Source: Nitrospirota bacterium
Lineage (GTDB): Bacteria > Nitrospirota > Thermodesulfovibrionia > Thermodesulfovibrionales > UBA1546
Assembly: GCA_016195565.1 (NCBI GenBank)
Contig: JACPZK010000011.1
Coordinates: forward strand, 13,097 to 77,096
Reading direction: 5' to 3'
Length of the DNA stretch: 64,000 bases
The notes under the pieces are model-generated. The model was not told the DNA's origin and did no database searches. It saw only the letters and a list, made by a program, of their open reading frames with translations. The translations under genes and the position numbers were made by a program. Below, piece by piece: positions 34,113 to 42,942 of this stretch (within the stretch, counting starts at the first letter, position 1; every line of letters starts with the position of its first letter).

Positions 34113-34371
34113 GTGATATGCCTTGCAGAATTAATCGTGTCCATATTACTACGCTGTTGCTGAACCCTTTGAGCGATATTAGAGAATTTTTGATAACAAA
34201 TCTCGGCGAAGTGGAAGATAAGCAATTTCAACTGTTTGAGCCTGTCAGCCCCTCGGCTGATTCGCTGGGGCGAAAAAGGCGAGTTTTGAAATTGCCTGCA
34301 ACGAGCCATAGATTTGTCAAAAAGTCTCTGCAGATAGCGAAAGGGGTTCAGCAATAGGCACACTTTCATTT

Positions 34372-35733
34372 CTATAGTTCTTTCCATAAAAACTCAGGAA
34401 TCTCTTTCCTTACATTCATAGGTTTTACCGTCCTGTTGACTATCTCCTTTGTATTCCCGACTTTCAGCTTATCAAACAAAAGCCCGAACCTGTCCTCAAG
34501 CTCCTTTATTATCGGGCCTTTTACTTCTGACGGCAAGTTCCACCACTTTTTCTTTAAAGGGCCGAATCCTTTCTTCCTTGTACTGTATATAAACTGCTCT
34601 TCTGTCTGGCCTTCTTTCCATTCCTTTGCGTATTCTGTTTTTATGAACTGATATATTTCATCCCTGAATTCTGAAGGCATTGACTTGCTGTCATACATGA
34701 TATTTTGAAACCCTGTTGCAAGATGCACCTCTGATGTGCCTGTCTCCGGAAACATGTGGAACGCCTCTTCAGGCAGTGTTGATGCTCCGTGCTGAACACA
34801 TCCTGAAAGTCTGTATTCTTTCCTTGCCATGTCAGACAACGTTCTCAGAGTTTCAAAATCAATCTTTACCTTTGCGAGTGTGCCGTCAGGAAGCACAACT
34901 CCACCATGGGCTGTGCCTGTCTGAACACTGAGCTTGCTCAATCCCTTGCCCGCCTTAAATGTTTCCTTAAATCCTTCAAGATATGCCCTGAGTTCATCAG
35001 GGTTGCTGTTCTTCCCTCCTATCTCTCCTATCTCTCCTCCGATTGAAATATCAAAACCCTTCGGTTGAATTCCCCTGATATACGCCCCAAGCTCTGCTGT
35101 CTTTTCAAAATTCGGCCTCTGCTGTTCTTTGGTCGTCGGCCTTTCAAGGTCAACAAGCGTTGAAGAGTCAATATCAATGTTATAAAACTCCGCTTCTATC
35201 GCCTCTTTTATCAAGCCTTTCACATAGTCTGTTTCAGGTTTCGGGTCAGCAAGGTAGTTTTTTCTTACAAGCTGGAAATGGTCGCCCTGTATAAACACAG
35301 GCCCGCTGAATCCTTCGTTTACGGCAGCGGCAAGCACAACAGTGGAATATTCAAGCGGCCTTTGTTTTGTATAGCCTATCTCTGAACGAGCAATCTCAAG
35401 TATGACTGCGCCGACATTCATTGCATTTGCCTTTCTGAATATTGCCTTCGCAGTGTCATAGGTAAGCCCCCTGATATTGATTGCAGGCACGGTAAAACCC
35501 GGATAGCTTCTTCCCATTTCTTCATAGAGTCCCTGTATTGATGCGGGAAAAGAGCCTGCTGCCTTTGCAGCCTCTTTTATTAGAAGAAAAAGCGCAATCT
35601 GCCTGTCTTTATCTTCGGTGAATACCGCTTCATATATAAGCTCATCCATTACTTTTTTCAGCCCTGCTTTATCTTTCAATTCCAGAATGCCATTATTGAC
35701 AGAGAGAATGCCCTTCAGTTCTTTTAGATTCAT
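34372..35733 (-). CDS. fba: class II fructose-bisphosphate aldolase (long form)
   Basis: 453-aa TIM-barrel-like translation with IQGDHF and QTGTAHGG regions; next to pfk. Confidence 0.65.
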   Translation of the reverse strand: MNLKELKGILSVNNGILELKDKAGLKKVMDELIYEAVFTEDKDRQIALFLLIKEAAKAAGSFPASIQGLYEEMGRSYPGFTVPAINIRGLTYDTAKAIFRKANAMNVGAVILEIARSEIGYTKQRPLEYSTVVLAAAVNEGFSGPVFIQGDHFQLVRKNYLADPKPETDYVKGLIKEAIEAEFYNIDIDSSTLVDLERPTTKEQQRPNFEKTAELGAYIRGIQPKGFDISIGGEIGEIGGKNSNPDELRAYLEGFKETFKAGKGLSKLSVQTGTAHGGVVLPDGTLAKVKIDFETLRTLSDMARKEYRLSGCVQHGASTLPEEAFHMFPETGTSEVHLATGFQNIMYDSKSMPSEFRDEIYQFIKTEYAKEWKEGQTEEQFIYSTRKKGFGPLKKKWWNLPSEVKGPIIKELEDRFGLLFDKLKVGNTKEIVNRTVKPMNVRKEIPEFLWKEL

Positions 35734-35789
35734 TTTATCCTCCTGTGGATTTATGAAATAAATTATTAACTACGTTAAAAGTCAGCAGA

Positions 35790-37328
35790 TCATTCCGGAG
35801 CCAGTTTCGGTACGCCTTCAATATTTGAAAGTATAATCGCCGTTTCTTCATCAAGTTCCCCTGTCTTCCCGAGCCCTTCCCTTTCCTGAAATTTCATCAA
35901 GGCCTGTTTCGTCCTCGGCCCTAATTCCCCTGTCGCAGGATAATCGTACAGGCCGCGCGCCTTTAACTCCTGCTGGAGCAATAAAATCCTGTTATTGCCT
36001 CTATATCGATTTTTGTAAAATACCACTCCACCTGTAATCATATTCTTGAATGTTTTTAGCGGCAGGATATTCTTTCCTTCCCTTGGGTCTATCAGCATTG
36101 CATCATTTCCCACAACCCATCTGAGAACCACGCACTTGTTTGTCTTCCCATGCTTCATATAGAGGATAGACGGCATATTGAATTTCACCGCCTTATCAAT
36201 GTCGCTGCCGAATTTATAAACAGAAAAACCTCTCTTCGCCGGCTCCTTATCAGCCTCAACGCTGCCTTTTAAATCCTTTTCTCCCCAGATGTTCAGGAGA
36301 TTTAATGTGCAGGCTGCCTCAAAAAGTTCTTCATTGGATACCATATATATACCATCGCTTATGAAAAAACCACCCTCTATTTTCACCCCTTTTAACATAC
36401 TGCTAATCTTCTCAAAATAACTGTCCTCTCTGGATACACTGCCGTATGCAAGTATTACAATAAGAAGGAATATGGATACTCCTATTATTACAGGCTTTAA
36501 AAAATCTGTTGTTCCTTTGCTGTCAGGGGAGCTCAAATCCCTTACAGCCTTTCTCACCATGCTGTTATCAATATTGATATTTCCTTCTGAATAGGAAAAC
36601 AGCAGCGTCCTGTCACAAGCAAGGTTAATAAGCCGCGAGATACCGCGGCTGTATTTATAAATACGTCTTATGCCTTTAGGAGGGAATGTTATCATTCCGC
36701 CGCCTGCAAGCCTCAGCCTGTGATTTATGTATATAGTTGTATCATCGCGGCTTAACGGCTCAAGATGGTATCTGACGGCAATCCTCTGGTCCAGTTGTTT
36801 CAGCGGCTCGCTCGCAACAATCCTCTTTAACTCCGGCTGGCCGACAAGAATCACCTGAAGCAGTTTTTTTGTATTGGTCTCAAAGTTTGATAGAAGCCTG
36901 ATAAACTCAAGGCTTTCAAGGCTCAATTCCTGCGCCTCGTCTATTATGAGGACTGCCTTCTCATTTTTTGAAAATACGTCCAGCAGGAAATTGTTCAGCG
37001 CCTCAAGATGGTCCTTTTCTGTACTGCCTGCGGCAGTGACGCCAAAGTCATTATTTATAAGTTTGAGAAGCTCAAGAGGGTCAACCTTGGGATTGATTAT
37101 CAGAGAGGTATGAGTATCATGGCCCAGGGTATTAAGGAGATACCTTATCAATGTCGTCTTTCCGGAGCCCACTTCTCCCGTGAGCATAATAAAACCTTTA
37201 TTCTCTGAGATGCCGAAATTCAGATGAGCAATTGCTTCCTCATGCTTCTTGCTCATGTAGAGAAACTTAGGATTAGGCGTCAGGCCGAACGGCTCTTCCC
37301 TGAAACCGAAGAATTTATTGTATATCAA
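35790..37328 (-). CDS. ExeA/GspA-like AAA ATPase with C-terminal peptidoglycan-binding domain
   Basis: Walker A GEVGSGKTT, Walker B LIIDEAQ, TM segment, C-terminal PG_binding_1-like LQQELKARGLYDYPATGELGPRTKQALMKFQ. Confidence 0.8.
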   Translation of the reverse strand: MIYNKFFGFREEPFGLTPNPKFLYMSKKHEEAIAHLNFGISENKGFIMLTGEVGSGKTTLIRYLLNTLGHDTHTSLIINPKVDPLELLKLINNDFGVTAAGSTEKDHLEALNNFLLDVFSKNEKAVLIIDEAQELSLESLEFIRLLSNFETNTKKLLQVILVGQPELKRIVASEPLKQLDQRIAVRYHLEPLSRDDTTIYINHRLRLAGGGMITFPPKGIRRIYKYSRGISRLINLACDRTLLFSYSEGNINIDNSMVRKAVRDLSSPDSKGTTDFLKPVIIGVSIFLLIVILAYGSVSREDSYFEKISSMLKGVKIEGGFFISDGIYMVSNEELFEAACTLNLLNIWGEKDLKGSVEADKEPAKRGFSVYKFGSDIDKAVKFNMPSILYMKHGKTNKCVVLRWVVGNDAMLIDPREGKNILPLKTFKNMITGGVVFYKNRYRGNNRILLLQQELKARGLYDYPATGELGPRTKQALMKFQEREGLGKTGELDEETAIILSNIEGVPKLAPE

Positions 37329-37482
37329 CCCTGCTCTCCTTCCTTTTCTTTTCCTTATCTTCCTCTGTCTTTTCTTTAATAGTTACATCCCTTGCAAAGT
37401 CAGGACACCGTAGATCTTTGCCTGAGATGGAAAATTTTTTCTTGCATGTTTCCCTCCATGCACAGACTGCACATACATCCAT
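37315..37482 (-). CDS. 55-aa Cys-rich, Lys/Glu-tailed small protein
   Basis: MDVCAVCAWRETCKKKFSISGKDLRCPDFARDV..; 14-nt overlap with the exeA-like start; below the ORF-track cutoff. Confidence 0.35.
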   Translation of the reverse strand: MDVCAVCAWRETCKKKFSISGKDLRCPDFARDVTIKEKTEEDKEKKRKESRVDIQ

Positions 37483-37500
37483 TACCGCTCCTCATTTTCT

Positions 37501-37592
37501 GTCATTCCGCACTTGATGCGGAATCCAGATTCTCTGTTTTCATGGATTCCTGCTGGAGTTTATCCCGTACCTTGATACGGGGCAGGAATGAC
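37501..37592. repeat. type-B palindromic element (right hairpin carries a nested hairpin)
   Basis: gtcattccgcacttgatgcggaatccag...attcctgc[..cccgtaccttgatacggg..]gcaggaatgac. Confidence 0.8.
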
Positions 37593-37621
37593 ATAAAGCA
37601 AATCTTTATTATTTACAGCCT

Positions 37622-38458
37622 TCAAGCCCTCTCTTTTATGCTTGTCCTGAAATGCCAGCTTAACACCTTTTCTATGTTGCCTGCAACGCTGTCTTTAGAG
37701 TTTATTATAAAGGTTTTATTCCATATCTGGAAGAGTTCTTTTTCAATCCTCGTAACAGGAGGGGGAGAGGGGAACCTTTTTCTCAATTCCTCCTCAAACA
37801 TCGGCACAATCTTATCTTTCATTCTCAGTTCCGTATCCATGAAAAATACCGCTATTTCAGGGGAAAGGTCCAAGGTCCTGTCAAGAAAGGCGGCAATCTC
37901 ACTGTTATAAATCTGTTTGGGAGGAGAAGACTTCACCTCCATATACAGGATTGAGCCGTCAATCTTCGCAATGACGTCATAATCACCGCCTACTCCCGGC
38001 CTTTTGAATTTTACTCCCCATACTGCCTCAGCGGCAAATTCCCTTCTGAAGATTTCGCAAAGGAACCATTCAAGCGTCTCGCCAAAACTCTTTATGCGCC
38101 TTTTTATCAGCCTGAAGCCATCGCCTGCCGGTTCAACCACCTTCACAGAAAGAAGAAAACCAACATAGGCCTCCGTTACGCCGGACGCCGCATATCTTGT
38201 GACCTGCTCTTTCGTAAAATATTCCTGATGCTTTATCACATCTCTGATAAAAAGGCGGAAAGAGTATTTTTTCAGCATTTCATAGAAATCATCAAGGAAT
38301 CTCTTTGCGGGAAGCACAAGGTCTGCTGACGGCTCTTTTTTGTATATTCGGAATCCGCGGCGCTTAAGAAGCGCCTCAAGTGACGGCGTAAGTTTGGAAA
38401 GTGTCTTCCTTAATCTCTTTACCTCGCTGCGCAGGGCATGGATTTCTTCATCATCCAT
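37622..38458 (-). CDS. hypothetical protein with wHTH-like middle and PD-(D/E)xK-like C-terminal region
   Basis: GGDYDVIAKIDGSILYMEVKSS fits D-x12-E-x-K; N-terminal coiled coil. Confidence 0.45.
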   Translation of the reverse strand: MDDEEIHALRSEVKRLRKTLSKLTPSLEALLKRRGFRIYKKEPSADLVLPAKRFLDDFYEMLKKYSFRLFIRDVIKHQEYFTKEQVTRYAASGVTEAYVGFLLSVKVVEPAGDGFRLIKRRIKSFGETLEWFLCEIFRREFAAEAVWGVKFKRPGVGGDYDVIAKIDGSILYMEVKSSPPKQIYNSEIAAFLDRTLDLSPEIAVFFMDTELRMKDKIVPMFEEELRKRFPSPPPVTRIEKELFQIWNKTFIINSKDSVAGNIEKVLSWHFRTSIKERA

Positions 38459-38468
38459 TCTATCTGCT

Positions 38469-38870
38469 CTATTTATCAGCTATAAGCTTGAGTGTTACTC
38501 TTCTGTGGCGGGGGCCGTCAAACTCGCAGAAGTAAACTGCCTGCCATGTGCCGAGAACGAGCCTGCCCTCGTCAATAATAACAAGCTGTGATGTCCCGAT
38601 AATGCTCGATTTTATATGCGCATCGGCGTTTCCTTCCCTGTGGGAGTAATTCATCTCCTGCGGGACAAGTCTGGTCAATGCATTCTGTATGTCGCGGTGC
38701 ACTGAGGGGTCTGCGCCTTCATTTATTGTTACCGCCGCTGTTGTATGAGGCACATAGACATAGCATATTCCGCTGACAATTCCTGCCTCTTTAATGACCT
38801 CATTAACCTTTTCAGTTATGTCAATAAATTCGCTTCTCTGGCTGCTTCTTACATTTATATATCTAAGCAC
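38469..38870 (-). CDS. yjbQ: YjbQ/UPF0047 family protein
   Basis: HTTAAVTINEGADPSV.D, HREGNADAHIK motifs. Confidence 0.85.
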   Translation of the reverse strand: MLRYINVRSSQRSEFIDITEKVNEVIKEAGIVSGICYVYVPHTTAAVTINEGADPSVHRDIQNALTRLVPQEMNYSHREGNADAHIKSSIIGTSQLVIIDEGRLVLGTWQAVYFCEFDGPRHRRVTLKLIADK

Positions 38871-38931
38871 CTATCCTCCACTCAACAATTACTAAGGAGT
38901 TCATAAAAACCCCAATTAAACGCCCGTTTCT

Positions 38932-38990
38932 GTCATGCCGGCTTGTCCGGCATCTTTCTTAAAGAAGGATTCCCGACAAGCGGGAATGAC
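38932..38990. repeat. type-B palindromic element (variant head GTCATGCC)
   Basis: gtcatgccggcttgtccggcat...attcccgacaagcgggaatgac. Confidence 0.75.
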
Positions 38991-39073
38991 ATGCAAGCGG
39001 CTTTACTTATGGTCGTATTAGCAAAGTGCAGATGTCTGTTATAATTATACCTGAAACAACAGCACAAAAAACT

Positions 39074-39937
39074 ATGGTAAATTACCACAAAACATGGCGT
39101 CTTATCAATTCGGGTCCGGGCAGCGCATCCTGCAACATGGCGCTGGATGAGGCAATTGCTATTTCTGTCAGAAAAGGCAGTTCGCCGCCTGCACTGAGGC
39201 TGTATTCCTGGGACAGGCCCTCCGTAACTCTTGGCTGCTTCCAGAAAATCAGTGACATAGACACCGAATACTGCCGTGATGCATCAATCCCGGTTGTAAG
39301 AAGGCCCACCGGCGGAAGGGCAATACTTCACAATAAAGAACTTACTTACAGCTTCTCTGTAAAAACTGATAATGATTTATTTTCGAAAGGCATCTTTGAC
39401 AGCTATAAAAAAATAAGTGCGGCTTTTTATCTTGCCCTCTCAAAGATAGGTCTTTTGCCAGAATTAAAATTAATCAGGAAAACTCGTCACTTGTCACTCA
39501 TCACTCGTCACTCAAAAAGCCCGCTATGCTTTCAATCGGCATCTTATGGCGAGATAACCATTAACAGCAAAAAAGTGATAGGCTCCGCGCAGAAACGCTG
39601 GACTGACGGACTTTTGCAGCAGGGCTCAATACCGTATTGCATTGACGAGCCCGAAGTATTAAAAATCTTCAGGCTTCGCTCTATTCGGGATATAAAAGAC
39701 ACAATGGCAGGACTTATTGAGGCGGTCCCGGATTTAAGCGATGAAAAGTTCAGGAATATAGTAAAGATTTCTTTTGAAGAGGCATTCAATATAGAATTTA
39801 TCTCATCTATTCCTTCTCAGGAAGAGGATATCCTGGCTCAGAAGCTTGATTCTGAGAAGTATCGGACAGAGGAATGGAATTTCCGGAAACAGGTTCAGTC
39901 CCTTCCGCCTGAGGCGGAGGCGTTTCAGAGAGCTTAA
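39074..39937 (+). CDS. lipoate/biotin protein ligase family (LplA/LipB-like) protein
   Basis: WRLINSG..NMALDEAI, RRPTGGRAILH, KKVIGSAQKR; start set to MVNYHKTWRLI. Confidence 0.75.
   Translation: MVNYHKTWRLINSGPGSASCNMALDEAIAISVRKGSSPPALRLYSWDRPSVTLGCFQKISDIDTEYCRDASIPVVRRPTGGRAILHNKELTYSFSVKTDNDLFSKGIFDSYKKISAAFYLALSKIGLLPELKLIRKTRHLSLITRHSKSPLCFQSASYGEITINSKKVIGSAQKRWTDGLLQQGSIPYCIDEPEVLKIFRLRSIRDIKDTMAGLIEAVPDLSDEKFRNIVKISFEEAFNIEFISSIPSQEEDILAQKLDSEKYRTEEWNFRKQVQSLPPEAEAFQRA
39482..39516. repeat. heptamer array in frame: 5 x ACTNNTC (ACTCGTC ACTTGTC ACTCATC ACTCGTC ACTCAAA)
   Basis: encodes TRHLSLITRHSK inside the ligase. Confidence 0.85.
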
Positions 39938-40844
39938 CCTCAGCCTCTGTATGACAATAATATATAAATATTACGGCAACTATAACCAGCCCTAAATAGC
40001 TCTGAACCGCATAAGAAACAATCTGATATGGGATAGCTATTATAGCGCCGATTAGAGGTATCAGGCTAAACGGCGTTCCAAGAAGGAGAAGAAAAAAAGT
40101 TGCAAGGAAGTATCCTCCAAAAACAAGACAATAAAGCCATAATGCGGCAGGGTTGCGATATAGATATTTTATGGTGTCTTTTGTAGCCTGCCACGGCCCT
40201 GTTCCCTTAAGGACAATAGCGGCAATCCCATACAATGTAAGGGCAATTGAGGAAATAATAAGAGCAAGTCCTATGCAGAACAACAAAAGTGAAAGGAATA
40301 TCCCCAAGACAACAGCCAGTGTCGTTTCATACCCTTTGGCGATAGATATGATAACTCCTATTCCTCCTGCAAAAACACCAAGAACAAAGGCAACCCCTAA
40401 AAATATAATTCCTATTATCGCAGTGAATCCGGCCAGCGGCCAAAAAAGCCGTTTACCCTCGGAAAAAAAGGTATTCATATTAAATCTGGCGGCGCTGTTC
40501 CTTACAGCCCTGCCTATCATGCCCGCGGAACCTCCAAAAACATAAAGTCCTACCGAAGCCGCAACAAATAAATAGACAACAAAACTCACCACCAGCACAA
40601 TAATGAATCCGAGATATTTTGTTATGATTTCCGAGACATCCTTCATCGTCCCGAGGAGATTTTTTAGCTCTGTCATCTCTGTAAAGTCAAGTCCGAATAT
40701 CACAAAGGCGACTGCAAGCGGGATACCGACAAATACAAAAAACCCTATGCAGTTTACAAGCATCATGCCAAATTGAATAAGCACAAGCTGCCAGTTCTTG
40801 TTTATAAGTTTAAATCCGTTTTTTATCGCATCGCTGTAGGTCAT
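39807..40844 (-). CDS. polytopic membrane protein of unknown function
   Basis: about 8 hydrophobic helices; low-complexity tail overlaps the ligase 3' end by 131 nt. Confidence 0.5.
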   Translation of the reverse strand: MTYSDAIKNGFKLINKNWQLVLIQFGMMLVNCIGFFVFVGIPLAVAFVIFGLDFTEMTELKNLLGTMKDVSEIITKYLGFIIVLVVSFVVYLFVAASVGLYVFGGSAGMIGRAVRNSAARFNMNTFFSEGKRLFWPLAGFTAIIGIIFLGVAFVLGVFAGGIGVIISIAKGYETTLAVVLGIFLSLLLFCIGLALIISSIALTLYGIAAIVLKGTGPWQATKDTIKYLYRNPAALWLYCLVFGGYFLATFFLLLLGTPFSLIPLIGAIIAIPYQIVSYAVQSYLGLVIVAVIFIYYCHTEAEVKLSETPPPQAEGTEPVSGNSIPLSDTSQNQASEPGYPLPEKE

Positions 40845-40907
40845 GATTTTTATATTTTACACTAATTGACGAAATAGTTTACAAACAATTATACTTTTAA
40901 CAATATA

Positions 40908-40996
40908 AGATTGCCACGCTGGAGCCTGCCCTGAACGATAAAACGAGATTGCTTCGCGACGCTCGCAATGACAAAAGTGAAGGGGCTCGCAATGAC
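40908..40996. repeat. type-A element (right half with duplicated tail)
   Basis: agattgccacgc..gagattgcttcgcgacgctcgcaatgac..ggctcgcaatgac. Confidence 0.75.
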
Positions 40997-41041
40997 AGAG
41001 AATAAACGGCTCTTAATGAATGCCGTTAGGGGTTTTTTAAG

Positions 41042-41806
41042 ATGAATGCATCAACAAAAAAGACAATACTCAAGATTAGCGGAAATTCTGTCACAAAGGC
41101 AGATGACGCGGTAGCCGTTGAAAAGAGGCTGAGAATACTTATAAACAGGGAAGAGGTTATAAGCCTTTACTGCACTCCTTTTATGATAAGAGAGCTCGTG
41201 GTCGGCATACTCATGACAGAGGGTATTATTAAAGGTGAATGGTGCGCTGACAGGATGAGCATAGAATACGGTGATGATATTGTTGTCAACATAAATTCAG
41301 CAGACGCAGTCATCCCTAAAGAGAACAGGGTTATAACATCAGGCTGTATAGGCGGTATCACATTCGTAAAAAAAATGGAGAATGAAAAGATAACAGATGA
41401 ATTTTCAATCGAGGCAAAGAGTCTTCTCAGCATCTTCAAGGAATTTCAGCTCCGCTCTGATCTTTACAGGCTTACAGGCTGTGTTCACAGCGCTGCGCTT
41501 TCAGACGGCAGGCATATTATTGCATTCGCAGAGGATATAGGAAGGCATAATGCGGTTGACAAGGTCATAGGATACTCCGTGCTTGAAAACATAGGGCTCG
41601 CAGGAAAACTGATGCTCGCAAGCGGAAGGCTTTCATCTGAGATTGCGTCAAAATGCTCAAGATGGGGCATCCCGATAGTTGCAAGCAGGACCGCGCCAAC
41701 GCATCTTGCGATTGAGATCGCAGAATTAAGGGGGATTACGCTTGTCGGATTTGTCCGGGGGGACAGGCTCAATGTTTATACACATCCGCAACGAGTTAAA
41801 AGTTAA
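41042..41806 (+). CDS. fdhD: formate dehydrogenase accessory sulfurtransferase FdhD
   Basis: GCVHSAAL, GRHNAVDK, LASGRLSSE motifs. Confidence 0.85.
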   Translation: MNASTKKTILKISGNSVTKADDAVAVEKRLRILINREEVISLYCTPFMIRELVVGILMTEGIIKGEWCADRMSIEYGDDIVVNINSADAVIPKENRVITSGCIGGITFVKKMENEKITDEFSIEAKSLLSIFKEFQLRSDLYRLTGCVHSAALSDGRHIIAFAEDIGRHNAVDKVIGYSVLENIGLAGKLMLASGRLSSEIASKCSRWGIPIVASRTAPTHLAIEIAELRGITLVGFVRGDRLNVYTHPQRVKS

Positions 41807-41872
41807 TAGTTCAAAATTAAAAGTTAAAAGTTTTAAAACTTCACACTCTCAACTTTTAACTCTTAACTTTAT
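41794..41872. repeat. paired heptamer array: 6 x AGTTNNN, 2-nt spacer, 5 x ACTNNNN
   Basis: the first units encode the last fdhD codons and its TAA (41804-41806); the array ends 6 nt before the kinase ATG. Confidence 0.9.
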
Positions 41873-41877
41873 ATAAC

Positions 41878-42921
41878 ATGTTTTCATTTGAGGCGCTAAT
41901 AAACAGTATTGAAGACGCCATTGTTCTGTTTGACAGAAAGGCTGTGATAAAATTCGTGAACAGAACCGGTGAGGAGCTTTTAGGGAAAAGCCTGAAAGAA
42001 GTAACCGGGAAAAAGCTAAAAGAATTAGAATTATTTTCGGAAGAAAAAACCATAGCAGGATTGATAAGGAAGTCCATATCTGAAGAACGTTCTTTCAGCG
42101 GCAGGGGGGTAAATATAAACATCGGCAAAATGATAAACGCTGACTTTAACATCTCACCATTTTTTGTTCAGGGAGAAACTCAGGGCGCGGTCCTTTCGCT
42201 TAAGGAAAACACCGCCATCGTCGAGAGAGAAGATTATCAGTTTGATTCCCTGATATACCTTCTCGGCACTTTAGCCCATGAGATTAAAAACCCTCTCGGA
42301 GGCATAAAAGGAGCGGCGCAGCTCCTGCGTGAAAGGACACAAACAGAAGGTATTGCTGAATACACTAATCTTATAATCAAAGAGACGGACAGGTTGAATT
42401 CAGTACTGCAGAATTATCTGACAATTTGCAAAAAACCGTCATTCCACTCGCTTAATATCCATGAGGTCTTAGAAAAGGCATTATCTATCATGGACCTTCC
42501 AATGAAAGACAAGGGCATCGTCTTGCAGAAAATGTATGACCTGAGTCTTCCAAAGGTTATGGGAGATGAAGGGAAACTGCTTCAGGCATTTCTGAATATA
42601 ACCAAAAATGCCATAGAGGCGATGAAAAAAGGAGGAAGCCTGACAGTCCTGACAGGCGTATCAAGAGAATATGTGCGGCAGAAGGGCAAACCAAAACGCT
42701 GGGCTGTCACTTCCGTAAAGGACACCGGCGGGGGAATTCCTTCCGAAGATATACCAAAAATATTTCTTCCGTTCTATACTAAGAAGAAGCACGGAACAGG
42801 CATAGGGCTTGCCCTGTCAAAAAAAATTATCCTTGACCACAAGGGATTCATTAAGGTTGAAAGCCATCTTGACAAAGGAACCACATTTAATGTTTATATA
42901 CCTTTTGTCGCAGACTCGTAG
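41878..42921 (+). CDS. PAS-domain sensor histidine kinase (NtrB-like, cytoplasmic)
   Basis: H-box HEIKNPLGGI; HATPase N/G boxes. Confidence 0.8.
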   Translation: MFSFEALINSIEDAIVLFDRKAVIKFVNRTGEELLGKSLKEVTGKKLKELELFSEEKTIAGLIRKSISEERSFSGRGVNINIGKMINADFNISPFFVQGETQGAVLSLKENTAIVEREDYQFDSLIYLLGTLAHEIKNPLGGIKGAAQLLRERTQTEGIAEYTNLIIKETDRLNSVLQNYLTICKKPSFHSLNIHEVLEKALSIMDLPMKDKGIVLQKMYDLSLPKVMGDEGKLLQAFLNITKNAIEAMKKGGSLTVLTGVSREYVRQKGKPKRWAVTSVKDTGGGIPSEDIPKIFLPFYTKKKHGTGIGLALSKKIILDHKGFIKVESHLDKGTTFNVYIPFVADS

Positions 42922-42942
42922 AGAGGGGAATAAGAAACGCTA

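Noticed and set aside
34113-34371. 259-nt intergenic gap between fba and pfk examined for a riboswitch, sRNA or small ORF
   Set aside because: No convincing conserved-looking structure, promoter/terminator pair or ORF with an RBS. The 92-aa ORF there overlaps both gene ends and looks spurious.
39807-39937. 131-nt convergent overlap (ligase versus membrane protein), and the 42-nt overlap at 7896-7937, as possible antisense regulation
   Set aside because: The overlapping parts are low-complexity C-terminal tails. The simplest explanation is that real proteins end in unconstrained tails or that the ORFs are over-extended. No other supporting signal.
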